NCBI RefSeq assembly: GCF_964204645.1
Contig: NC_134030.1
Span: 1,781,355 to 1,845,354, forward strand
DNA length: 64,000 nucleotides
Direction of reading: 5' to 3'
Origin: Tubulanus polymorphus
Lineage: Eukaryota > Animalia > Nemertea
The notes under the pieces were generated by a model, which saw nothing but the letters and a program-made list of their open reading frames with translations, ran no database searches and had not been told where the DNA came from. Positions 10,148 to 50,070 of this stretch are shown one piece after another. Within the stretch, counting starts at the first letter, position 1, and each line of letters begins with the position of its first letter. The position numbers and the translations under genes were made by a program.

Positions 10148-13100
10148 CTACATTCCTGCGAATCCTAGTTTATCCACCTGTTCAATAGCCAATTGTAGAT
10201 TACTATCAAATAATTCACATCTGAAAATAGAAAGAATGTCGAGTTATAGAGGAGCAGGGACTGACTAATCTAAAGAATAAAAGCCACGTGCCCGGGCGCA
10301 GAAATCTGCTAGCCATACTGTTGTATCAATTGGGAAAGAGCTTTGACACGTAAAAATGCAATAGCCTGGCAGACAAGTGATAACAATAACCTACTAACTT
10401 TGCCCTAAAAATAATATACTTGTCCCAGGCAATCGGACAAGTGCTTAGATCGGACCCTAGAGGAACCGTGTGTGAAATCAATAAACATGAAAACAGGATA
10501 GACTACTGTGTCGGTGAACTAGTTTTATTTGAAGTACGATCTTTCGTTACTAGTGTATGGAGTAGCTTTATCGGGTAAATGAGTAAACAGGTGGTCACAG
10601 GTGGTGTAGGGTTAACTGATTTTATCAGAAATAAATTAAGTTTTCCAACGAGAGAAATCCCACAAAAAATTATTAATAATCAGTTCAGCTAAATACTATT
10701 AGCATCATACCGGGTAATTTTCGCTACTAGTGTATGGAGTAGCTTTATCGGGTAAATGAGTAAAACAGGAGTTATAGCATAGGTGAAGTGATTTCAGGGT
10801 AGCTTCCAGGGTAGTCTTACCTGATAGGCATATCTATTGAGTAGAATGGATTCTTCAGAGCGAAATCACCGTAAATTTCATACAATTTTCGCAGTAATAA
10901 ATCAATACCGGATTGTTTAGGGTCGGCTAAAACAATAAACTTCACTCCTAGAAACAAGACAGAAACCGAGAAACAACTTCAATAACCAAACACTGGATAT
11001 GAGTAGAGAGATGAGTGGAGAGTGTGGCAGAAGAGGGGAGAGTGAAGAAGAGAGAGAGAGAGAGGAGAGGGAGAGATAGAGAGGGGAGAGAGAGAGAGAG
11101 GGGAGAGGGAGAGAGAGGGAGAGGGGAGAGAGAGAGAGGGGAGAGGGAAGGAGAGAGAGAGAGGGGAGAGGAAGGTTACATTGGAAATCAGTAAAGAGGA
11201 GAGTGAGGTTTGTTGATTAAAGAGAGCTCCATGTTGCATAAGGACTGACTGGAATCTATGATCGATTGACTGCTCTAATGAAACTGTCAAGTACATGAAC
11301 TACAAGTACATTACACCTAGACAATAACAAAATGTAACATCATAAGGGGGTGAATAGAGGAGGTGAGAGGGTTAATACAGCAGGGGGTTTATAACACTGA
11401 CCTGTTAATGTTTGTGAACAGCACAATTTAAACACATCCGTTTCTAAAACTTCGATTCCAGATGATTTGTGTTCGGGAGATAATTGAGAACCGATCGCGA
11501 ATAATCTGAAAAACCATCGATAATAATAACATTAATCATATTTGAATTGAGGATATCATAATGTGAGATGTGCTCACGCAACCAGAACATGCTAATATAA
11601 AACCCCACAATAACAATAAATAGAGTCAGAAAATGGTTCCTTGAGTTAGTAGTTCATTTCAAAATCTCTACGTATTTTTTATTAAGGAATATCAATTCTT
11701 GATTACAAACTACCGATTCTGTATTGTTTAGAAACGCCTGTCTAAAGGTCATTTATGACTTGGGGCTGGTTGCATAGTCAGGGCTTAGACTTAAAGACTG
11801 CTCGAAGACCAACTTAGTTCTATTGCCAATCTAACAACTTAGACAAGTCATTAGATTTAAGACGACTTTTGGTCTTAAAAGTCTTGTCTATGGAACTGGC
11901 CCCTGGTGCTGGCCCCAGATCATAACCAAAGTCCGGGTACTGCTACTCCTGATTTTAGGGTTTGATACTTACGAATGAAACATACTCGCTAATACAATTT
12001 TCTCGTTTGTTGAAAGTCGCGGCCGTCCAAATTTTATCGCTATCGGATAATTCTCTTCATTAGCGATCACTTCCAGGATTTCACGACCATCTTCTAACTG
12101 TCGCCCGGCAGCGGGAACTCCGTTTATACCTAGCACCGTGTGTCCAACTACAAATACAACAATTACAGAAACATCAATCTTAGAGTTTATTTATAGACAG
12201 ACGGAGACAGGAGCAAAGCCAAGGGTAGTCAGTAACCTGTCTGTGGTTTAGTTTCACGATCGGATATTATCACAAACCACAGTCAGGAATGGGAAGGTCA
12301 TTTTTGTATGAAATCTTCGTCAGCCAATTTGACTGACGAGTAATTTGCCTGGCATTTCATTGTCTCTTATGATATCCGTCTAATTTTTGTTCTAATCGAC
12401 ACACAACAGATTCGTAGTTTGTCTGATACCTATAACACCTCACCTGACGTTCTTAATCCATGTGCAAATCGGCCGTAAAGTGAGAGTAAATTTCCGTCCA
12501 GTCAACAGCTGCCATTTTGAAAATTACTGGAGGTGCTGGCACCTGTGGACTGAGGCCAGGACAACAGCACAAACTAACAAAGCGAAACGACGAAATTAAA
12601 AAAAAATTAAGAAATCAACACTTATTCATATTTTTCTTTTACCAGAAATTTATTGTTTCATTATTTGTTATGGAAAACACGAAGATTTGAAATACAAGTT
12701 GGAAAACCATCAAAAATAAAAATTGTCGTTTCGTCTTGAAAGTTTTATATAAATCCTTGTAGGTCCCCTTGTCTTATCATGCCACATGTGCAATACAGAG
12801 AAATGGCGGCCAATGGCGAAATTTGTGGAGAAATTAATTAATTTCTCAAAATAATGCTGATTAATCACTCGAAACGTACATAAAATTGGATTATTTCGAA
12901 AGGTACCTGTGTTAGTTTGTGAATAAAGCCATTAATTGTGGACTGAAGTGAATAGAAAGTATATTTTTGAAGTGTTACTTTTTTCAACCGTGTTTTGGTC
13001 CTTGTCATCCCTAACGTTGGTATAAGCCCATCCGATTATAAAAAGCTTACTACCAACGATTAGGTAACTAACTAGGCCAAGGGGAGGAGGAGGCTGTTAG

Positions 13101-13430
13101 TGTTTGAGGAGGCTGTTTTCCTAGCCTTGGTCATTCATCTTTCTCTCCCATTGCATATATGCCACGTACATGCAGCAACGTACCATATACAGATAATATC
13201 TGTGATTCAAATACAGAACTGTCACAGCAGAGAAAGAATGAACCCTTCTTACCCTTGACTCCGTCTCTTTGCCCGAATGAAACCACCACTCTCTCGTCGA
13301 ATATTTTCAATAGCGGTTCCAACGGGAAACTGAACGTTTTCTCTGTTTCAACACGGCGACCGTTATTACTGTCATAATCATAGATTAAACCTCCGGCACG
13401 ATTCACTACAAATACGCTGAAAATTGTCAT
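10148..13430 (-). CDS. TRAPPC4: Trafficking protein particle complex subunit 4 (synbindin/Trs23), 218 aa
   Basis: Exons 13253-13430, 11973-12147, 11402-11505, 10821-10947, 10148-10220. [17 protein letters not shown]...[24 protein letters not shown]...[23 protein letters not shown]. Confidence 0.97.
11020..11175. repeat. (GA)n polypurine tract
   Basis: Almost pure G/A run in TRAPPC4 intron 3. Confidence 0.9.
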
Positions 13431-14088
13431 CCTGTTGTCATCGATGAATATATATTGAATTTAAATGAATTCTAACGTGCTGCCACCTAGTGTGAGCAAT
13501 TAAATTCAATACATTTCAGTGAAATGAGACATTATTTAGTAGTAAAACTGATACAACCAGTTTCAAAAAATTAGAAATCAAATATTTGCGCAAAATAATA
13601 TTAAATAAACAAAACACAGATTGCAGGCTGTTCACTGTTTGGTTAAAGTTAAATCAAGTCGTTATCCAAGGCGCGCGATTAAATGGAGTAAATGTGGAGT
13701 CTGTTTAGCGCCCTCTACAATATGAAAATACCAATATTTTATTAATTAACCAACAATTAAACTATTCCTAGTTGGATGTTTGTCTTGTTTTTCTTGTAGA
13801 GGATTTTTACGGATATTTTCTATCGATCAGTGAAGTTTCAGATCGAAAGTCTCAATAGTTCCTGAAAAATTCCTCCAAGTGTCGCTTCGCTGGATAGAAT
13901 TGGTCATACTAAGTATCGAAAGGTACCGATATATTATTATTTGATTCGGGCCGCCGACGCCGGTAATTACGTAAAATGTTTAAATTCGTAGCAATTGATG
14001 CCAATTGTATCTGAAGTAAAATTAGTTGAATTCAAAGCCAATTCCTTAATGCTTCAAACTTTTATTTATAGTCAATTGTATTTGAAAG

Positions 14089-17000
14089 ATGGAAATCACA
14101 TTTCTTGGAACTGGTTCTGCTTATCCCAGCCCTAAACGCGGTGTATCTTGTACAGCTTTAAAACAAGGTAAGTATTTTTTGAGTTGGTAATTGAGAGACG
14201 GATCTAGGGTGACTTGTACAAGTCCTCCTAATTTTTGAGCGCCATTTTTCATTTTGTCAACAAACAAAAATCGGATGACGCAGTTCAGTGCATTTATGCA
14301 TCAAAATACCATTTTGGAAATGACAAATTCATGAAAATTATCCCCTGGATCCACCCCTGGTAATATTTAAGAATCACCCATCTTCGCAAATTTATATATT
14401 CTACCACAATTTCGTGTACTAAAATATCATGAGTTCAAACTAATTTTGTAGCAGATTAAAATACTTATTTCAAACTATTTTGTTTGTGTAGAAGATGGAC
14501 AGATTTGGTTGTTTGACTGTGGTGAAGGATCCCGGATTCAAATTCAACGAAGTCAACTAAAACCAGGAAAAATAAGCAAGATCTTCATCACACATCTTCA
14601 CGGTGACCATGTTAGTAAATACAGGGGAATATCTTCACTATCTTCAGCTTCGGAAAGACTCTCTTCAGTCACAAGCAGAGGTCTTTTAAAACGATTTCAT
14701 AGATATGCGAAAATGCAATAAACAATCCCACGATATCTTTTCGACTTATCCTCGAAACAGTATCTTAAACGATCCCTTCTCAGCAACAGGCTAAGGCAGC
14801 GGCAAATTCAACTTGTAAGCTCTCCATAAATTAGAAACAAGGTATCCATAATATCAAGTCTTACAGCTGATCTGATGAGCAAGGCTTTCTCGATTATTGT
14901 TCATATAATCGTGCTTACGCGTGACAAGCAAATATTTTAGCAAAGGGTTTTTGTCATGTGCAATCTACTCTGCATGTTTTATTATAATTTTGACCGGATG
15001 TTTTTTTAGTTATTTGGTTTACCGGGATTGCTGTGTACGATCAGTCAGAATAACCTCAGAGACGACGCAGTTGAGATTTATGGACCTCTCGGTTTGAGAA
15101 AGTTCATTCGAGTCGCGTTGACTTTATCCAGATCACAACTAGGATTTAATTACAAAGTTCACGAGCTCGATTATACCGGTGTTGAAATGAATTTGGAGGT
15201 ATGTCGAATCAAAATTTCCGTCGATGAAACATCCTGAGTCCGTGTTGTAAAGATAATGTGAAATCCCTGCACACTAAAATGAAAAAGTGATCTTTAGGAA
15301 TACCGATTTATGGATGGTTGATTTGAATAATGGAGGTTTGATGAAGCCTTATCGTAGTAATAATGAAGTATTTTATCATGAGCATTTAGATTTTTGATTA
15401 TCTTTCTTATTACGTACCATCATTTCTAGGATATTTCCGTCGACCATACGACTAATGATGCTCTTCATCCGAACGAAATTGAAGGGGAAACTTTTAAACC
15501 TGATGAAAACGGAGCTTGGAACATGTAAGAATGAAAATAAGAGTCGTCGTTGAATCTTTATAAATGTTTTATTTTCTTGTTACGTCTTAACCGTTAATGG
15601 AACAATTTAAGTCCTTGAATCGCAATATGGGATAGTTTATTTCACCTTTTCCACTATATCCTAATAGTCATCGTCAGGAAAACTGATGTTGTCCTCATTA
15701 TAACCATTGATGAAACATTCTGAATCCGTGTTGTAACAATAATACAAAATCCTACTATAAGAACACTAGTATTTCTAAAGATGATTATTGTAATATAGCT
15801 GAAACATAGCTGAACAATCGTTAGCTCAAGGAAACTTTTCGGACTCTTTCTGTTCTAGCGCGAGTTCATATTTTCTCCGGTATATTTTGATTTTTCTTTC
15901 AGATTTTCAGATTCGATGATGTCAGTAAAGGCAGGGTATCTACAGCACAGAGTTCCTACGTTCGGTTATCTGATTACTGAATCAACTCAACCCGGAAGTC
16001 TAAACGCTGTGAAACTAAAAGCACTAGGAATTCCACCTGGTCCGCTTTATTCTAAAGTCAAGAGTGGCCAATCAATTATCAGTCCAACTGATGGTTCTAT
16101 TGTATCCTTAATAAATCAAAAAGAATGTTCCGATTGGGATTTGCCCCTTGCCAAGGTTTTAATTCTTTTGGACGAACCCCTTAGCCAAGAAACTACCCTT
16201 ATACATTAATCGGAAAATGATAGCCAGGTACTGCGGGCACTGTACTGTTTAATGAATAGAGATTTTACCACACCTGACTGGTCTCCACATTGACCTGGTC
16301 ACCCGCACTGACCTGACAAACTTACAAACTTCGACAGTCACTCCTGGTGTATGGTCTAGTGGTAAGCATGCTCGACTGGCATGCCGAAGGTCCATGGTTC
16401 AAGTCCCGTTGAGGTGTCGGATACACTGGTTAGCATTAATATGTATCTACCCATTTTAGCTGAATTCTAAGTGACATAACCATCTGGTTTAAAAATTTTT
16501 ATTCGAAAATTTTTGGTCAAAGTGAGATTATATTTGACACATTTTCTTTAGTTTTCACATACAAGAAAAATGTAGCGGTTAAATTCGACCTGTTCAATTC
16601 CTTCACTCCCGTTCCGTGTTGAATAGATAAACCCTAGTGATGTGATAGGTGCAGATAAACCCGGCAGGAAGATCCTGATACTCGGTGATACCTGTGATTC
16701 CAATCGTCTGGTTACGTTTACCAAAGATGTCGATGTTTTAATTCACGAAGCCACGTTAGAAAATGATAAATTATCAGACGCAATGGAGAAAGGACATTCA
16801 ACACCAGGTGATAAATCGAAAACTAAAGTCAAAAATCGTTGCTTGAATTGTCGTAGTTGTCGTAGTTGTGAGGATATGTTATGTTGATGACTTAATATCC
16901 AAATGATGGCGAATTAGAAATTCACATTGTGACTCAAGAATAGAGATGACTTCAGCTTTCTTAGAACTCAGGATCCCGATTCAGAAGGATCCAGTCGAGT

Positions 17001-17801
17001 CCGGACAGCTTAAATCGATTCGGGGGATAATAATCTTTGTGATATTGGGCCCTAACCGAGAAGTGTCCAATTACCAAAAGAACAGTAACAGGAGACACGC
17101 TGAAACTCTAAAGTGAAATTAATTCATTTCTAATGATTTATCCACCAGGACAAATTTGGATTCATAACTGTATTAAACAAACTGGGAGACTTCTTCACCC
17201 CGAGCTATTGTTAAAACTGTTGTTTGTTTTTTTTTTTGGTATTTTCTCAGGGATGGCCGCTGAATTTGCGAATGCGATTGGCGCTCGAAAGTTGGTACTC
17301 ACACATTTCAGTCAACGTTACAGATCAATCTCTGAAATAATTCGAGTACGTTTTTTATACGCTTAAATCCTAGGTTTCATTTCACACAATTTGTTATCAT
17401 AAATACGGAGTGGTGTTAAATCTTAAGACTGGTCTTACGTTTCTAGATTGGCTATAGAACCAAAATGGTCTTAAATTCATAGATTGGCTATAGAACCAAA
17501 ATGGTCTTAAATTCATAGATTGGTTATAGAACCAAAATGGTCTTAAATTCATAGATTGGCTATAGAACCTTAAAACCCGAGCCCGAGTCATAGAAATCAG
17601 AATTGAAGAATTCATCTGTATTTATATTGTAATGATTTGTTATATGTTGTCCGCACTGTGTTTCAGGATGGCGATGATAGCGTACAAACACTGGTCGATG
17701 AAGCTCAACTCGCGTTTAATGGCGAAGAAGTTATCGCTGCAGATGATTTCATGGTTTTACCGATCCCGCGTAGAAAAACTATCGAGGAAAACAATTCCTG
17801 A
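14089..17801 (+). CDS. ELAC1: Zinc phosphodiesterase ELAC1 / short-form RNase Z, 363 aa
   Basis: Exons 14089-14167, 14492-14610, 15010-15198, 15430-15524, 15903-16101, 16627-16807, 17251-17345, 17667-17801. [30 protein letters not shown] flexible arm, [19 protein letters not shown]. Confidence 0.96.
16102..16626 (+). other. U12-type (minor spliceosome) GT-AG intron, ELAC1 intron 5
   Basis: Donor GTATCCTTA; branch-like TTCCTTCAC at 16598-16606, A 21 nt from the AG; phase-0 join restores the protein. Confidence 0.8.
16341..16418 (+). mobile_element. tRNA-derived SINE head / tRNA pseudogene
   Basis: A box TGGTCTAGTGG (16352-16362), B box GGTTCAAGTCC (16396-16406); stems imperfect. Confidence 0.6.
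17420..17570. repeat. 39-bp tandem repeat derived from MITE family B
   Basis: (AGATTGGCTATAGAACCAAAATGGTCTTAAATTCAT..) about 3.5 copies. Confidence 0.8.
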
Positions 17802-18503
17802 TAATATTCATACATAGAACTAGAATTAAGAAATATTTTCGGATCCAGTTTAGAATATGAAATAACTGAAATAACTGATATAAACAACTGATTGAACTGT
17901 TACTGATCCTAACTTACAGCTGCTCAAACTCTGTTACACGATTGTTTCAATAAAAGTAATAAAGTTTATTTTTATCTACATTCTGTTTTCTATTTTGCGT
18001 GATTTGTATCAAGCACAGAGACTTTTCACAATTTAGAGTGAATGAATAAAACCAGTTTCGATGACCAACCCTGGTATGATCAGTTGAGGTATAAAAAACG
18101 TAATTAACTGATGAGGGTGGCCAATGCCGGTTCAAGGCAAACATTTCCTGCGTGAAATAAAGTTATCTAATCTTATCTTCTTTTGGAATGGAAAAAATAA
18201 CTGTCTCACTAAATAACGAGATGAGTAGTAATTAATAGGTTGAACTAATCTATTAGACGCACGAGTTTTCGCTAGTGAAAATAACTTATTGACTGCATTG
18301 TACCCGGCCGCCCCGGCAGTGCTGGAGGGCCTAAAAATATGAAATATTCACAGGAAATGTTGGCCCCCTTTGAAGTTGCAGCATCTGTTTTGCGTCCGAT
18401 GATATCTTTGATTTTGTGTAATTACCCATCATCAGGGCCACCCGTTCCAAGTGAATGAGTAACGGTCAATGCCGAAGGCAGACACTAATTAGAGTGGTCT
18501 CCC

Positions 18504-18676
18504 TAGACCGTGCGGTGCTGCCGCTATGCTAAACGTTACCGGGATTTTCATACACTAACGCAAGTCGACTCTGGCAATCTAGAGTGTAGGACAGCTCGTC
18601 GATTGCCAGAGTAGACTTGCGTTAGTGTATGGAAACTCCGCTAACGTTGCGCATAGCGGCAGCACCGTACGGTATA
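18504..18676. repeat. Long GC-rich inverted repeat (foldback)
   Basis: ~75-bp arms, e.g. ACACTAACGCAAGTCGACTCTGGCAATC / GATTGCCAGAGTAGACTTGCGTTAGTGT, ~20-nt loop. Confidence 0.85.
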
Positions 18677-19324
18677 GTGATACAATACATCGATCCTTAG
18701 CTCGTTAAGTTTCGGGTTGCTCGAATCGCTTGATTCTGGCAGTTGTAAAGAATCGCTTCGCATCGCAAAGCTGACCTGCGCATAACCGCCTTAGATGCAT
18801 TCAGTCCAAGGACCATGAGTTTCTTTTCCTTTGATACAGAATTCCATCTCCTCAAATAGAAAACTCTCCTAAGAAATAACTTATAAACATCCAAATCAAG
18901 ATTTATTTCATTGGTAGATATTTATATTTCTTTATTCAATATTTCATAATTTCATCCAAGTAAAATATGAAAAAAACAATTCAGAATGACATGAATAATG
19001 TCGCACTTGGAGGGGGGGTTGCGCGAGGGAGAGGATGGGGTCATACGATTACATCGTAACAAAAATGAGAGAAAGAGAACAATATTTTGTAACAAAAATC
19101 TATACACCATAATAATAATAATCATTGATCTTTCATTCCTTGAATGAAATGAAAAGAAATTAAACAGTTTTTGATTTTTACTCAATTCTTCGTTTTTTGA
19201 TTTTAAATATAACTAAGTAAAGCCATAAATCGCTTGTGTTTGTTTAACTTACAAAAAGACATGATCAATAGAAACTTGAGAGACAGAATCAAATTCACCA
19301 GAGTCTAAAATATCCAGACTAAAC

Positions 19325-19600
19325 CTGCCCTGTAATTACAGATGACATGCTGACCTGCCTGTTATTACAGGCTGACATGCTGACCTGCCTGTTATTACAG
19401 GCTGACATGCTGACCTGCCTGTTATTACAGGCTGACATGCTGACCTGCCTGTTATTACAGGCTGACATGCTGACCTGCCTGTTATTACAGGCTGACATGC
19501 TTGACTGCCTGTTATTACAGGCTGACATGCTGACCTGCCTGTAATTACAGACAGACATGCTGACTGCCTGTAGACTACAGGCTGACAGCGACAGGCTACT
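19325..19600. repeat. 30-bp minisatellite
   Basis: (GCTGACATGCTGACCTGCCTGTTATTACAG) about 8 copies. Confidence 0.95.
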
Positions 19601-20378
19601 GACAGCATGATATTCAATGAGAGATCATTATTGATTTCTATAATAAACCAGTTATCATAGTTTATATATTTGAGCAAGATTGACAATTTCCCCTGCCTCC
19701 CTACACCTCTATATCACCCCCCCCCCCGGCTCCCCCCCCCCCCACGGCTGGTTCCTACTAATCCTTGAGCAATCATTGATTAAAACATACAGTTTTTAAG
19801 CCCTCATTTCATACATGTTTATTATGTCTTATATTCATTTAAACTACCCCCGATTTGGAACCAGCCATCTTACAAACAGCCCAACCGCATTAACCCTTCT
19901 CAAATGTATCCCTCCCCATCTTATAGAATCCTATAAATTCTGAATTTATTGTCATCTTTATGCTTCAAATCTTGTCTTCATTAAAATGTCATAAATCCTG
20001 AAATAGTGACTAAATATGTACACGTTATTATGAGGTTGACTTGCCTCATTTAAAAGACTGATCGCGCGATAGAGGCTGCTAGCGTTGTTACTAGGCGTAC
20101 ACACTCGTGTACATAGTTCTAGTTACATATCATTCGAGAATCTCAATATAAATCAAAATAATCAATGAAAATTCAACATGAGACAGAGATAGGTAGAGAG
20201 GGGGAGAGATGGGAAGAAGGGCGAAGCTTTTTCTGCAGAGCGCTACAAGCAATCTTATCTATAATTTGCATACAATTTACATCATAAGAGTATTATCATT
20301 TAATCATCGTCATTCATTGCATAATAGAATTATCATCTACTTATAAAAAAAAACTGAATAATAGTAAGTAGTAGAACA

Positions 20379-21004
20379 TGGTAGCACTGCTGTGATTGGT
20401 CACTGCACTGGTAGCACTGCTGTGATTGGTCACTGCACTAGAAAGGTAGCAGTGCTATGATTGGTCACTGCAATGGGCAGGTAGCACTGCTGTGATTGGT
20501 CAATGCACTGTCAGCAGTGCTGTCAGTGGTCACTGCACTGAGCAGGTAGCATGGCTGTGATTGGTCACTGCACTGGTAGCACTTCTGTGATTGGTCACTG
20601 CACTGGTAGCAGTGCTGTGATTGGGCACTGCACTGTCAGCAGTGCTGTGATTGGTCACTGCACTGGGCAGGTAGCATGGCTGTGATTGGTCACTGCACTG
20701 GTAATATTGCTGTGATTGGTCACTGCACTGGGCAGGTAGCACTGCTGTGATTGGTCACTGCACTGGTAGCAGTGGTGATTGGTCGCTGCACTGGTAGCAC
20801 TGCTGTGATTGGTCACTGCATTGTCAGCAGTGCTGTGATTGGTTGCTGCACTGTCAGCAGTGCTGTGATTGGTCACTGCACTGGTAGCACTGCTGTGATT
20901 GGTCACTGCACTGTCAGCAGTGCTGTGATTGGTCGCTGCACTGTCAGCAGTGCTGTGATTGGTCGCTGCACTGTCAGCAGTGCTGTGATTGGTCACTGCA
21001 CTGG
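20379..21004. repeat. ~30-bp minisatellite with ATTGG/CCAAT core
   Basis: (CTGTGATTGGTCACTGCACTGGTAGCACTG) about 20 copies with variants. Confidence 0.95.
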
Positions 21005-21643
21005 TCTCACCATGGATGGAAAAGACATTCATTGTTATATAAGTTGTACATACGTATAATAGAGAAGCAGCAGAAATTGAATTCAAACAGTCGACTTGAC
21101 TAGTTATATAAACACTAGGGGGCAGTACTGGTCAGAGAGCACAACTGGAGCACATTAGTTGTTAGTTAATCCTTGGAGAAATACTCCAACTTCAGAGTAA
21201 CACATTTATCTCAGTTTATGTCACGTCCTCCAATTTCATTATCATATCCAACGGACTGCTGAAGCAGTGAATGCAGTTCAACTGGAGCATCAGTATATAT
21301 CACCAGTCCCCTGACTTCGGAGTTCTCCGATATTCCACAATTCTGATAATCCACGTTTATAACTGGAGCGTGATATATCACCAGTCCCCTGACTTCGGAG
21401 TTCTCCGATATTCCACAATTCTGATAATCCAAGTTTATAACTGGAGCGCGATATATCACCAATCCCCTGACTCCAGAGTTCTGTTCGTCCGAGTCACTGC
21501 TGGAGAGATAACTAGAGACCGACTGAAGCCTCCAGTCTGATGTGGAGTAGCTGCTGCTACAAGAGGTAACCGGTTCAAGCAGTTTCTTGTCTTTTTTTTC
21601 CCAAAATTCAGCAAATGATTTTTGTCGTTTGTAATTACACGTT

Positions 21644-32872
<11,229 letters not shown>

Positions 32873-33607
32873 AGTTTATAGTGATGGGGCTATCAGTTAT
32901 CACTGACTGACTCACTCTCGCCTCACTCAGTCGTCACACCATACAGATACCGGGGGATGATCTCTACCGGACCGGGTCGGTTTGTTTAAATCTCAACTGT
33001 CAATCAAACTGATGATGATGAAATAAGAATCCACTGAATCCACTGATAAATCACTGATAAGACGACGTTCTTCACTGGGCGTCACAGGACCTGGCGCCTG
33101 CCATCGACACCTTCCCGGGACTCGTCATGCCACGTGTAATCCTTTAAAAGTGAAAATCGATTGCTAAGAGTCACTGGAATGTCGGGTAGTGGTATATTAT
33201 ATTGGTTAAAGTCAAATAAATGTATAATAACCCTTTTATGCTGGTTTGTTGTTTCACAATACCTAATTCTGCGTTAAAAGGAAATTCGTACGGTTTTGGA
33301 AGATATCGAAGGTATCAAATTGAATTGTATTGAATTGAATTGTATTAGTATGTAGTAAGCACAGGGAAGTGAGTAGCTAGGGTTAGGGATTCGAACCCGA
33401 TCTGTCAAGTGAAGCGCGCGCTGAAATCGTGGTTCGAATCCCGATTAACGGAGCGAGCTTAAAAAAAAAGATAAAAACGAAAAACCCGAACGAACGAGCA
33501 AATGAGATTATACGACTGCGACCTATCTAATGTTTACTATGACCTGGGCGCCTGTCTGCTATGACCCCAGCTGAGGTCACAGATTGCACGTGAACATTCA
33601 AACTATT

Positions 33608-33650
33608 AGCCAATCAGCGCTCGATTCTCTCATGAACACCGTAATTCAAG

Positions 33651-33660
<10 letters not shown>
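33608..33660 (+). promoter_or_regulatory. CCAAT box and YY1-like start context of aralar
   Basis: AGCCAATCAG at ~33608 and CAAGATGGCAGCC spanning the ATG at 33651. Confidence 0.5.
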
Positions 33661-49529
<15,869 letters not shown>

Positions 49530-50070
49530 ATTCGTCACCGCGACGACAATGACTATTATTAATAAAAACATTGTGAGTAGTAGATCTCACCCGGCCCGCC
49601 TGCCCGCCCGCGCCCGACCGCTTCACGTAGAGAGCTTACCGACTGTGATTATTGTAGTTACCGTGGTTACCAGTGTATCCGGAGGAACTATACCGCGTAT
49701 TGTCATCCATCCAGCTACATCAGTAACAACTGTTCGTGTCATCTCAGTAGCAACGCGTTGCGCCCGACGATAACGGTTGTCATTGTTGTCAGCGGTGTGA
49801 AACACAATGAAGATCTGTTCAACGATGTTTAGTATGAATGAAAGAGCGAGGCGGCTGAATTCTCCTCCCCGGATTATCAATCACTCCCCCTCCCTCTCCC
49901 CTCCCTCTCTCCTCCCTCTCCCCCTCCCTCCCTCACACTGTATGGTGTGAACAGTGTAACTACTGTAGGCAAACATTCAATGCATTCTATTAGAGATATT
50001 TAATATGATGTAGATATTCACTAGAATTATGTACAGTATGATATAAGACAACTTTACAATGATAATATAG

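Noticed and set aside
19319-21086. Repetitive ORFs (SACNNRQVSM, SAVTNHSTAD) resembling antifreeze or mucin proteins
   Set aside because: 30-bp minisatellites are open in several frames on both strands; no splice or signal-peptide support.
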